41,091 nt of DNA from a virus (Duplodnaviria; Caudoviricetes). Below the pieces are notes generated by a model. That model worked only from the letters and a program-made list of their open reading frames with translations. It had not been told where the DNA came from and searched no databases. The DNA is taken from the IMG/VR virus record IMGVR_UViG_3300048856_000134, positions 1 to 41,091 of that record. The stretch is one strand, 5' to 3'. Every line of letters begins with the position of its first letter. The first letter of the stretch is position 1. Shown piece by piece: positions 25,835 to 34,700 of the stretch. The position numbers were made by a program, and so were the translations under genes.

Positions 25835-26271
25835 GCAGCCCCGAGGTTTGGACCGACGCGAAGGCCCGCATCGAGGCCGCCGCCGGCGCCCTTGGCCTGC
25901 CAGTGGCCTGGCCGAATGAGCCCTTCCCGGATCCGCAGCCCTATGACGCGGCCACCGGCGCTCCCTTCCACTGGCTCGCGGTGGAGATCAGCGGCGACCT
26001 GTCAGAGGCGATGGAGATGGGCAGGGAGGGGGTGTGGGAGGAGACCGGCATGGTCCACCTGCACCTGATGATCCCGACCGGCTCAGGCATCGCTTCGGGG
26101 CTGACCGAACGCAAGGCCCTGGCCAACGCCTTCCGGGGCCTGCCGCCAGCAGCCGTGACCTACCGCGGCGCGATCCTGGATCCGAGCGGCCCGGCGGACG
26201 AGGACGGCAACTGGGCGCGATTGGCCCTGCGCATTCCGTACTCCTACCAGGATTTCACCATCCCAGCTTGA
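25831..26271 (+). CDS. Tail terminator-like protein
   Basis: PVAWPNE.F; G.V.L.L..P.GSG; LA..FRG; synteny. Confidence 0.7.
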   Translation: MSSPEVWTDAKARIEAAAGALGLPVAWPNEPFPDPQPYDAATGAPFHWLAVEISGDLSEAMEMGREGVWEETGMVHLHLMIPTGSGIASGLTERKALANAFRGLPPAAVTYRGAILDPSGPADEDGNWARLALRIPYSYQDFTIPA

Positions 26272-26281
26272 GGAGGCCGCC

Positions 26282-26449
26282 ATGGCCGAGAAGACGGTGA
26301 CCTACGTCATCAAGGGCCCGGACGGGAAGAAGGCCGGCGAGCAGACCGTGCCGGAGAACTTCTCGCCGCACCTGCTGTCAGGGCAGCGGGCCGAGATCGC
26401 CGAGCCGAAGCCCAAGGCCGCCGAAAAGCCGGTCGCCAAGGGCGCCTGA
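26282..26449 (+). CDS. Small hypothetical protein (55 aa), not in ORF track
   Basis: GAGGAGG RBS; MAEKTVTYVIKGPDGKKAGEQTVPENFSPHLLSGQRAEIAEPKPKAAEKPVAKGA. Confidence 0.6.
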   Translation: MAEKTVTYVIKGPDGKKAGEQTVPENFSPHLLSGQRAEIAEPKPKAAEKPVAKGA

Positions 26450-26482
26450 ACCCGGGGCCATCGGCCTCATCGTCACGCGATA

Positions 26483-26507
26483 GGGCGTCCCTCGGGGCGC
26501 CCTTTTT
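26483..26507 (+). terminator. Rho-independent terminator-like hairpin
   Basis: GGGCGTCC-CTCG-GGGCGCCC-TTTTT. Confidence 0.55.
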
Positions 26508-26522
26508 CATGGAGAAAGACCG

Positions 26523-27470
26523 ATGGCAGGGACCACCGGCTATCAGGCGGGCGTGGAGAGCAGCTTCGCCCAGATCGGCTATGTGCAAGAGACCGTCTGG
26601 GGCATCCTGCCAGCCGCGCCGCAGTTGAAGGGTATCCGCTACACGGGCGAGAGCCTGTCGGGCAGCAAGACCCGCCAGCGCCCGAACGAGATCCGCGGGG
26701 ACCGTCAGGCCTCGGCTGCCGTGACGACAGACGAAAGCGCCGCAGGCTCCATCAACTTCGCCCTGAGCTATGGCACCTTCGACGACATCCTTTCGGGCGT
26801 GCTCGGCGGCGAGTGGACGGCGGACGTTCTGAAGCCGGGCACCATCTTTAAGTCTTTCCTGATCGAGAAGCTGTTCAGCCCCGCTTTGGCTCTGCGCTAC
26901 CCGGGAAGCTTTTTCACCTCGGCCTCGCTCACCGTCGCCCGTGGTCAGTTCCTTGGCGGCTCCTTCAATGTGCTCGCCAAGGAGGAGGCGGACTTCACCG
27001 CAACGGCCTCAACCGCACCCTATACGGCAGCGCCCAACGGGACGGTCATGGATCCGGTGTCCGGGGTTCAGGAGGTGACGCTGGACGGCAATCCGATCGC
27101 GACGGGCTGCAACGCCATCACCTTGAACATCAGCAATGACGGGGCCGCTGCGGACTTCGCGCTCGGTTCGGCCGCTGCGCAGGGCATGCGGATGGGCACG
27201 CTCACGGTCGGCGGCACGGCCGAGTTCTACTTCCGTGACTTCAGCCTCTACCAGCGCTTCAAGTCGGAGACCGCTGGTGCGCTGTCTTGGAGAACGGTGG
27301 ATGCGAATGGCGATGGCTACCGCTTCACCATTCCGCAATGTGTGCTGACAAACCCCGGAATCACGGCCGGCGGGATCAACCAGCCGGTCATGTGTCGCGT
27401 GACGCTGGAAGGGAACCCCGACCCGACAAACGGATCGGTCATGATCGAGCGCCTGCCAGCGACCCCGTAA
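26523..27470 (+). CDS. Major tail tube protein
   Basis: YVQETVWG..P; R.TGESL; EIRGDRQ; G.INF.LSYGTFD; V.G..E.YF. Confidence 0.85.
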   Translation: MAGTTGYQAGVESSFAQIGYVQETVWGILPAAPQLKGIRYTGESLSGSKTRQRPNEIRGDRQASAAVTTDESAAGSINFALSYGTFDDILSGVLGGEWTADVLKPGTIFKSFLIEKLFSPALALRYPGSFFTSASLTVARGQFLGGSFNVLAKEEADFTATASTAPYTAAPNGTVMDPVSGVQEVTLDGNPIATGCNAITLNISNDGAAADFALGSAAAQGMRMGTLTVGGTAEFYFRDFSLYQRFKSETAGALSWRTVDANGDGYRFTIPQCVLTNPGITAGGINQPVMCRVTLEGNPDPTNGSVMIERLPATP

Positions 27471-27570
27471 TCGCGCAGCCGGCGCCGCGGCGCTGGCGCG
27501 TGAAGGGGCCGGCGCTGTCGTGCGGGCAGCGTCGGCCCCGCCTCCCGCACACCCGCACAGGACACCGCAC

Positions 27571-27996
27571 ATGGCGAAGCTTTCCTTCCTCACCGCCGAC
27601 ACCGCCGCCGAAGAGGGCGACTGGGTGTCGCCGGGACTGGAATACGACGACCTCGAAATCCGGACCCGTGGCTATACCGATAAGTACCAGGACGCCCTGC
27701 GCCAGCGTCTCTTCGTCGCGGCCAAGCGGCACAGCGGCCAGGTGGACCGAATTCCCGAGAACGACCGGCGCGAGATCGGCGCCAAGTGCCTGCTGCAGCA
27801 TGTCACGATGGACGTGCGGAACCTCCACCATGAGGATGGCCGCGAAGTCACCTTCGATGAGCTGAAGCAGATGGTGCTGGAACCTCGCTTCCGCCCGCTG
27901 CTGGACGCCTGCTATGCAGCCGCGAACCTCGTGCACGCCCGGCGGCAGTCGGACCTGGAGGAAGCCGCGGGAAACTCCGAACGGCCCTCCGCTTAA
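27571..27996 (+). CDS. Tail assembly chaperone (gpG-like)
   Basis: After tail tube; EEGDWV; ends at slippery G GGA AAC. Confidence 0.75.
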   Translation: MAKLSFLTADTAAEEGDWVSPGLEYDDLEIRTRGYTDKYQDALRQRLFVAAKRHSGQVDRIPENDRREIGAKCLLQHVTMDVRNLHHEDGREVTFDELKQMVLEPRFRPLLDACYAAANLVHARRQSDLEEAAGNSERPSA

Positions 27997-28331
27997 CGCT
28001 GGAGTGGGGCGGCCACCGCGAGTTCCTTGAGACAATACCGGAAGAAGATCGCCCACCCTCGCCGGAGGTGCCGGAATGGCTCGCCTGGGTGTGGAGGGCC
28101 TTCTTCCGGCTGAGTGCTGAGAGGCTCCACCAGGTGCGCGGCTTCGCGAGCCCCCTCGGGGCGATGCGACTGACCAGCGAACCGGCGCGCATCCCCTGGA
28201 CGGCGGTGCAGGCCTGGGGTTTGCACCACGGCTACAGCGCAGAGGATATCGCCTTCCTGGACGCCCTGCTTGGGTGCATGGATGACGAGTTTCTGGACTT
28301 CTGGCGCACCAAGCAGAAAGGGGCGTCATGA
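27969..28331 (+). CDS. Tail assembly chaperone extension (gpT-like) reached by -1 frameshift
   Basis: The -1 frame is open from GGGAAAC to 28331; W.AF..LS.ER....IPWTA...W. Confidence 0.75.
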   Translation, partial: GKLRTALRLTLEWGGHREFLETIPEEDRPPSPEVPEWLAWVWRAFFRLSAERLHQVRGFASPLGAMRLTSEPARIPWTAVQAWGLHHGYSAEDIAFLDALLGCMDDEFLDFWRTKQKGAS

Positions 28332-28957
28332 GCGGGTCGGCCTTCAGGCGTCAGGTCAGCGTATTCATCGACCGAAACCTGACCCCTGCCGCTCAATCGT
28401 CGCTGCTCGCGCGGACGGCGATTGAGGGGCGGCAGGATCTGATCCGGACGGGGAGGGCGCCGGACAGCTACCGGACCATCGTCGACGGGCGGGAAGGGGT
28501 GCCAGAGGCGCAGGTCAAGCCGCAGGGCATGATCGTCTACCGCTTCAACCTTCTGGGCGAGGCGGCCGTCTTCGCGCTGGCTTTCCTGCGGGCTCGGTCG
28601 CCTGTGAAGTCCGGGGCCTTCCGCGAGAGCTTCTGGGTCGCGGTGGATGGGCGGCCGTTCAGCCAGAAGACGTTCGACCCGGAGAAGGTCGGGGCCGCCA
28701 AGGAGCTGATCCTGTATAACCTCGCTCCGTATTCCCGGCGCGTGCAGGTCCAGTTCGATGGTGGCCGCCGGCTCCGGTTTAGCGTGCCGCCGGATATGTT
28801 CGGGGATGCGTTGGTGGCGGTGCGGCGCCGGTTCCCAACGCTGGTTGTATCGCAACTCTATCGCATCCGAGCGCCCGGGCTCTACGTGCTGAAGAACGGG
28901 CGCCGGGCCGGCAAGGTGGTGGACAGCCCGGCGCTGGTGATCGGGGTCAGAGCCTAA
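28328..28957 (+). CDS. Putative tail completion protein (HK97 gp10-like)
   Basis: RSPVKSGAFRES and NLAPYSRR motifs. Confidence 0.5.
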   Translation: MSGSAFRRQVSVFIDRNLTPAAQSSLLARTAIEGRQDLIRTGRAPDSYRTIVDGREGVPEAQVKPQGMIVYRFNLLGEAAVFALAFLRARSPVKSGAFRESFWVAVDGRPFSQKTFDPEKVGAAKELILYNLAPYSRRVQVQFDGGRRLRFSVPPDMFGDALVAVRRRFPTLVVSQLYRIRAPGLYVLKNGRRAGKVVDSPALVIGVRA

Positions 28958-29535
28958 GGCATCACTCCCGTGCGCCGGTACGCCTCGATGCAGGCGTTTC
29001 GGGCCTGGGCGCCTGCGATGGCGCCGTCCAGATTGAGGATGCTGCGTCGGCTGTACATCGAAGCGTCGATCTGAGCCCCCCGGGCCTCACAAGCGGCTAT
29101 CGCAGCCTGGTCCTGGCTCGCGCGGTTGGACTGTTCCCGCATAGCCAGCCGCTCGCGCCGGCGCTTTTCGATGAGATCGGACAGACGGGCCTCTTCGGCA
29201 GCGATCCGGGCCTCTCGGGCCTGGGGGCGCTCGCGGGGGACGGGCGGGGCCTCGTTGATGTTGGCCACGGCGGCGCGGCGGACGGCCTGGGCATAATCAG
29301 GGGAGTTGGTCAGGGCGCGTTCGAGGAGTTCGGCTTCGCGGCCGGCCTCGGGCGACGGTGGTGTTGCTGGGATGCCGGATAGAGCGTCGGGGCGGGAGCG
29401 GATCTCGGCCCAGCTTCTCTCTATTTCCGCTCGTTCCTCGGGCGTCGGTGGCGGTGGTGGCACGAATGGAACACCTGCTGGGGGCGAAGAGGCGCAAGAG
29501 GACAGAAGGAGAGCAACAACAGCGATCCGGCGCAT
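28954..29535 (-). CDS. Putative lipoprotein (moron)
   Basis: MRRIAVVALLLSSC signal with lipobox; Pro-rich linker; AAGGA RBS. Confidence 0.7.
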   Translation of the reverse strand: MRRIAVVALLLSSCASSPPAGVPFVPPPPPTPEERAEIERSWAEIRSRPDALSGIPATPPSPEAGREAELLERALTNSPDYAQAVRRAAVANINEAPPVPRERPQAREARIAAEEARLSDLIEKRRRERLAMREQSNRASQDQAAIAACEARGAQIDASMYSRRSILNLDGAIAGAQARNACIEAYRRTGVMP

Positions 29536-29539
29536 GGGG

Positions 29540-29914
29540 CTATTCCTTATTACGGCGACTAGAAACTTCCTTCATACGCGTTCTCGCTTCACGAATACGC
29601 TCAGCGTAGCTGCGAACCACAGGGGTCATTGCAAGCAAACTGTCGGGTATTTTGCCGTCGTTGGCTTTCCTGGCTTCTTCTATCGCGTCAAAAAACATCG
29701 TTTGCTGATCATAAAGCAATTCCATAACCAGTTCGATTACATCGACCGCTGGTGAATTGCCTTGGGGTCGCTCCGATGCGTCTGCATATTCGTCCAAAAG
29801 AGTATTAACAATTTCTGCATTGATACTGCGGCCATTTGCCTTCGCGGCAGCTTCGACGCGCGCCTTCAGATCTGCCGGCAGGCGGAGAACAAATTTCGGA
29901 TCATCGCGGGCCAT
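29540..29914 (-). CDS. Arc/Mnt-family ribbon-helix-helix repressor (Mnt-like)
   Basis: DPKFVLRLPADLKARVEAAAKANGRSINAEIV. Confidence 0.9.
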   Translation of the reverse strand: MARDDPKFVLRLPADLKARVEAAAKANGRSINAEIVNTLLDEYADASERPQGNSPAVDVIELVMELLYDQQTMFFDAIEEARKANDGKIPDSLLAMTPVVRSYAERIREARTRMKEVSSRRNKE

Positions 29915-29917
29915 GAA

Positions 29918-29992
29918 GGCACCGTGCCATCAACCACGCTTGACTGCCATGGTGGCACGGTGCCATCGTGCAGTTGATGGCACCGTGCCATC
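29918..29992. promoter_or_regulatory. Three palindromic operators between divergent Arc-family genes
   Basis: GGCAC(C/G)GTGCCATC at 29918, 29954 and 29979; TTGACT at 29940. Confidence 0.8.
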
Positions 29993-30005
29993 GGAAGAGG
30001 AGGCC

Positions 30006-30200
30006 ATGCGGAACCAACCAGCTTTCAAGCTTCGGATGCCTGCTGACCTTAAAGAATGGCTTCGGGGGCGTGCTGAGGCCAATCAGCGCTCTATGAACAG
30101 CGAAATCGAATTCTGCCTGATGAAGGCCCGAGAGGCAGATCAGGCGCCCCGCCCCCTCGGGGGCGGTCAGCCGGCGGCGGGGCAGGGGTCGCAAGCCTAG
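30006..30200 (+). CDS. Arc-family repressor
   Basis: PAFKLRMPADLKEWL...AEANQRSMNSEI; GAGGAGG RBS. Confidence 0.88.
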   Translation: MRNQPAFKLRMPADLKEWLRGRAEANQRSMNSEIEFCLMKAREADQAPRPLGGGQPAAGQGSQA

Positions 30201-30285
30201 ACCCCGCCGACCGGCATCTCATTCTGGCCCAAGACCCGCGCCAACGGGTCAAACGGCCATAACCACCGTCTGGAAAGGACAGACA

Positions 30286-30912
30286 GTGACCAATCGGTCC
30301 CTTACCACCGTGGAATTCCACGGCGCTACCCTTTTTGCGGTAGAGCGCCCTGAGGGGGTGTTCGTGGCCATCAACCCCATCTGCGACGCTCTCGGGCTTG
30401 CCGCCAACAAGCAGAAGCAGAGAATCCAGGCTGACCCGATCCTTTCGGAAGGGGGTACCGTCACGGTACTCCCTTCGGCCGGCGGACCACAGGAAACCTT
30501 CTGTCTCCGCATGGACTTGCTTCACGGATGGCTCTTCACCATCGACGAGAGCCGGGTGAAAGACGAAGAGACGCGACAGCGTGTCCTTCTGTACAAGAGG
30601 GAGTGCTACGCTGTTTTGTTCCGGCACTTCACCAATGGGCAGAGTGTCGCGCCCGTCGCCTTGGATGAGGATGGCGACACCGCCACTCCGGACGGCCTGA
30701 AGCTGCGCAAGGTGAACACGGCGGTCCGCTGTTTCGGTGAGCGTGCAGGCGCCCAGCTTTGGGTGAAGCTCGGTCTTGAGTGGGTGCCGGCGATGGCTGG
30801 TGCTCTTAGCCAGCCCGATCTGCTGGACAACGAGATGCCACCGGTCCCTGGGACAGTTACGGTCACCGTCACGCCCGGCACGCCTCGCACCATCAACGGG
30901 AACGCGCACTGA
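30286..30912 (+). CDS. ant: Phage antirepressor (P22 Ant N-terminal domain)
   Basis: TVEFHGATL...VAINPICDALGL....Q.QRI; LHGWLFTID..RVK.....Y.RECY.VL..HF. Confidence 0.88.
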   Translation: MTNRSLTTVEFHGATLFAVERPEGVFVAINPICDALGLAANKQKQRIQADPILSEGGTVTVLPSAGGPQETFCLRMDLLHGWLFTIDESRVKDEETRQRVLLYKRECYAVLFRHFTNGQSVAPVALDEDGDTATPDGLKLRKVNTAVRCFGERAGAQLWVKLGLEWVPAMAGALSQPDLLDNEMPPVPGTVTVTVTPGTPRTINGNAH

Positions 30913-31340
30913 TGTCGACGCTCGTTGCCCCCATCCACACCGCCGCGGTGAATGGCCGCCCGGTGCGTTTCTTCCGGTCCCCGTTCCAGGGGCCAGACTT
31001 TCCTTGGCACGCACTGGACGACCTGATGGCTGCCACCGGGGCGTCTCGGGAGCTTCGCCGACAGTACCTTCGGATGGTGCGCCGGGACTGGGGTAAGGAC
31101 CTTCGCACGGTTTCTACCTTGGCTGAGGTGCTGACCATCGCGCCGCACTTCATGGCGCAGGGCTGGGTCGATTCCCTGGTCGACCGGGGTGTGGTGTTGG
31201 CGCGGTTGCGTTCGGACTACGACGCGGCGGCGCTTGATGCGGCCAACGTGCTTACGGCCGGCATGACCGAGCGACAGAGCCTCGACTATGTCCTGGCGGC
31301 GATGAGCCGGCTGTCCGTCGGGCAGAGGGAGGCCCACTGA
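30912..31340 (+). CDS. Hypothetical protein, possibly Bro-N-like
   Basis: VNGRPVRFF....PDFPWHALDDL; TGATG coupling. Confidence 0.6.
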   Translation: MSTLVAPIHTAAVNGRPVRFFRSPFQGPDFPWHALDDLMAATGASRELRRQYLRMVRRDWGKDLRTVSTLAEVLTIAPHFMAQGWVDSLVDRGVVLARLRSDYDAAALDAANVLTAGMTERQSLDYVLAAMSRLSVGQREAH

Positions 31341-31660
31341 TGCCCGTCCTCTCCCGCCGGAACGTCATGACCGTGACGTCCATGCTGGCCAGCCGTGCGC
31401 TACCCTTCGCGGCGGCACCGGTGCTGCTGCCGGCTGTGTCACTGAACAAAGAGTTAGACTGGTTCGAAGCCTACGAAGCAGCCTGGAACGCCGAAGCGAA
31501 AGGCTATGCCCTAATCCGGGCAGCTTTGGACGCCGCAGAGAAGGCCGAGGCCGCAGGAAGCATAATCGAGGCCCGTAACCTTCTACTGCTGGCCAGCGGA
31601 GCCACGCACCAGCGACATGAAGCCATAGAGCGTTGCGCGCCACTGGCCTGCGAAGCCTGA
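31340..31660 (+). CDS. Hypothetical protein with Tat-like N-terminus
   Basis: LSRRNVM followed by a hydrophobic stretch. Confidence 0.5.
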   Translation: MPVLSRRNVMTVTSMLASRALPFAAAPVLLPAVSLNKELDWFEAYEAAWNAEAKGYALIRAALDAAEKAEAAGSIIEARNLLLLASGATHQRHEAIERCAPLACEA

Positions 31661-31693
31661 CACCCGCAAGGGTATCAGCACTGCATATACCTT

Positions 31694-31753
31694 GAGGGGC
31701 CGCCCGGTGGCGGCCCTTCGCATTTCAGGGGCGTCCCATCCGGGGCGCCCTTT
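31694..31753 (+). terminator. Tandem hairpins closing the ant cassette
   Basis: GGGCCGCC-CGGT-GGCGGCCC and GGGCGTCCC-ATCC-GGGGCGCCC-TTT. Confidence 0.5.
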
Positions 31754-31776
31754 CCGATTCAAGAGGAGGCTGTTGG

Positions 31777-34700
31777 ATGGCATCTCTAGCCTCCGTGACC
31801 GAGGCCGAGTTCCGTGGCGCTTTCCGCGACCAGATGTCCGCAGGTGCCACCGCTGCGGCGCAGGCAATGGAGCGCCTCGGCGCCAAGACCGAGGCTGCCG
31901 GCGCTCAGATTGAGGCGACGGAACAGCGTGTCGCCCGCTCAGGCCCGACATGGACCGGCCTCAGCCGCAAGTATGACGAGGCGGCCCTTCTCGCGGCCAA
32001 GGTCGAGCAGGCCAACAAGCGACTGGCGGCGGAAATCGAAAGCACCAGGCAGGCGGTGGCGCGCGGGGAGGCCACCCAGGAGCAGGCGAACCAGACCATC
32101 CAGCGCGCCTCTGTAGCGCGCGACCGGGCTGTTGCCGACGCCGAAAGGTCAGCTCAGCGGCTTCGCCAATCCTATGCAGGGGCTTCAGACGATCAAGCCA
32201 AGCTAGGCACCTCTGCCCGCGTTACGGCGCAGCAAATGCAGCAGCTAACGCCGCAGCTGAACGACCTCTTTGTCACCATGGCAAGCGGCGGCGGGGCCAT
32301 GCAGGGGCTTATCCAGCAGGGCCCCCAGATCACCCAGATTTTTGGCGGCGTCCGCAATACCTTCGCTGCGGTCGCCGCATCCATTGGGCCGCTGAGGCTG
32401 GGGCTGGTCGGCGCGACAGCAGCTTTCGGTGGGCTGGTTGCGATCGCTGAGACGGCCGCCCGACGCTTGGACGATGTTGCGGACAAGCTTCGCGCGACCC
32501 GCACCGATTATGCCGCCATGTCACGGCAAGTTATCGCCGCCGGCCAGGTTGGGCAGGGGTCTTCGCTCGGCCAGAGCGAGCGGACGGCGGTGGCGCAGAC
32601 CGTCGCGTCTTCCCCTCAGTTTCAGGGCACCACTCAGGATCTCGTCACGCTCACCCGTGTTGCCGAAGATCTGGCAGCGGTCATGGGGGGCGAGGCCACC
32701 GAGCAGGCGAAGCTGCTGGCGAGGGCCATGAGGGAGCCGGGCGCGGTCGCGCGCGAACTCTACGAGAAGGAGTTCCCGGGCTTCACGGCGCAGATGGCCA
32801 AGTCCCTGGAGGGCATGGAAAAGAACAGCCGGACAGCCCAGGCATTCGCTCAGGTACTGGAGATGCTCCGGAGGCAGACAGCCAGCGCGGCTGATCCGGT
32901 GACGCCGCTGGAAAGCGCATGGCGTAGCCTGCGAGAGGAGCTTACCAAGGCCTGGGACGTCATGCGTGCGCCCTTTGACGGGGCGGACAGCCCAGCCATG
33001 AAGGCGCTCGCCTGGACTATCGACCGCCTGGCGGATTTGCTGCGCATTATCCGGGAACTCGATGAGTTCTCCCTGAAGAACCCGCTGGCTGGTTGGCTCG
33101 GCTTTGCGCAGGGCGGCCAGTCTGTGGACGGTGCCGGCAATGGACAGCTGTCTGCGGGCGCAGTAGCGAATACAAGCCCGCGCAAAAAGTCGGGCAGCAA
33201 CAGCGATCCAGTTCGTGACGCCTTCCGCGACCTGGAGCGCCAGATCGCCCTGGCCCGTCAGGCCGAGGGCGCGTCCCGTGACTTGGCTCAGGCGGAGGAG
33301 CAGCTAGAAAAAGCGGCTCAGTCCGCCGGTCGTGCTCATGCGACCGTCGCTGAAAAGACCCGCGCGCGCGAACTGGCGCAGCGTCGTCTGGACGAACAGT
33401 TTACCACCTCACTGGTTCTGCTGAACGCACAGATCAATGGCGAGGCGCGCATCGCTTCGGCATATGGGCAGAGCAGCGAAGCCGGTCGGCAAATGGAGAT
33501 CCAGGTCCGCGCCGAGACTGAGGCGCTGAAGTGGGCTGAGGAAGGCACAGACAAGTATGGGCGCGCTGTCGAGGTACTGACGACGCGCTATCGCGCCCTC
33601 GCCGAGGAGGAGGCCCGCCGGAAGGCGAACCAAGCCATCCTGAGCCAGACCGATCAGCTGGCTCTAATCGAACGTGAGACGCAGCTGATCGGTGCCTCAG
33701 CGGACGTGCGTGAGCGCGAGCTTGCGGTCATGAAGGCACGGCAGGATGCGGCGAACGACAACACACCTGCGGATCAGGCGCGCGAATTGGAGCGTCTCGC
33801 CGCCCAGCTGGTGGACGCGCGGCAGCGCGGTACGCAGCTCAGGAACTCGTGGGACGAGTTGACGCGGGTAGGCGAGCAGGCATTCGATCGCATCGGCAAT
33901 GCAATCACCGAGGCCTTCGCCAATGGAAGCCTGAAGGCAGTAGACTTCGGCAACATCGCCAAGGCCGTTTTCTCGGAGGTGATCCAGGCCGGTTTGCGGA
34001 TGGCCATCATCAACCCGACGCTCAATGCCGTCTTCGGAGGGGACCGGGGGACGCTGAATGGGGTGTTGACCGTCGCGGGGCAGGCGAGCGGCGCAACGTC
34101 TGTGAAGCTCCCGGTAACCGACAGCAGCGGCGGCCTGCTCGGCTACGCGCAGACGGGGATGCAGGGGTATAGCCTCTACAATAACGCCAGCAGCCTGAAC
34201 CCGAGCACATACATGTCGGGGAGCTATAACTGGGCCACGAATAGCTACGTCTCTGGCTTTGACAGCCTCGCCGGCACGAATGTGGGCGGTTTCCTGAATG
34301 AGCCATTGTACCCCACGATTGGCGGCGCGGCTGCCCTGGACGCGGGGGTCGCCAGCAATCTCGCGTCGAGTGGATTCAACTATGTCGGCGGCGCCCCGAT
34401 GGGGGCGGTAGGAACCGAGACGGTCGCTGGCGCGTCGGGCATGGGTACTGTCGGCAGTGCCGCCGCTGGCGGCCTAGCAGCAGTCGGCGGCGCATATAGC
34501 GCCTATCAGGGGTTCAACAGGGGCGGCGTCGGCGGGAACATCCAGGGAATTGGTGGTACTGCAATGGCGGGCATGGGCACTTACGCAGCTCTTGCCGGCT
34601 CGATGGCTGCCGTCCCCGTCTATGGCTGGATTGCCGCCGCGGCGCTCATGCTGATTGGTTCACTGCTGCCCGGCCAGAAGCCTTCAGACAGGACCGGCAC

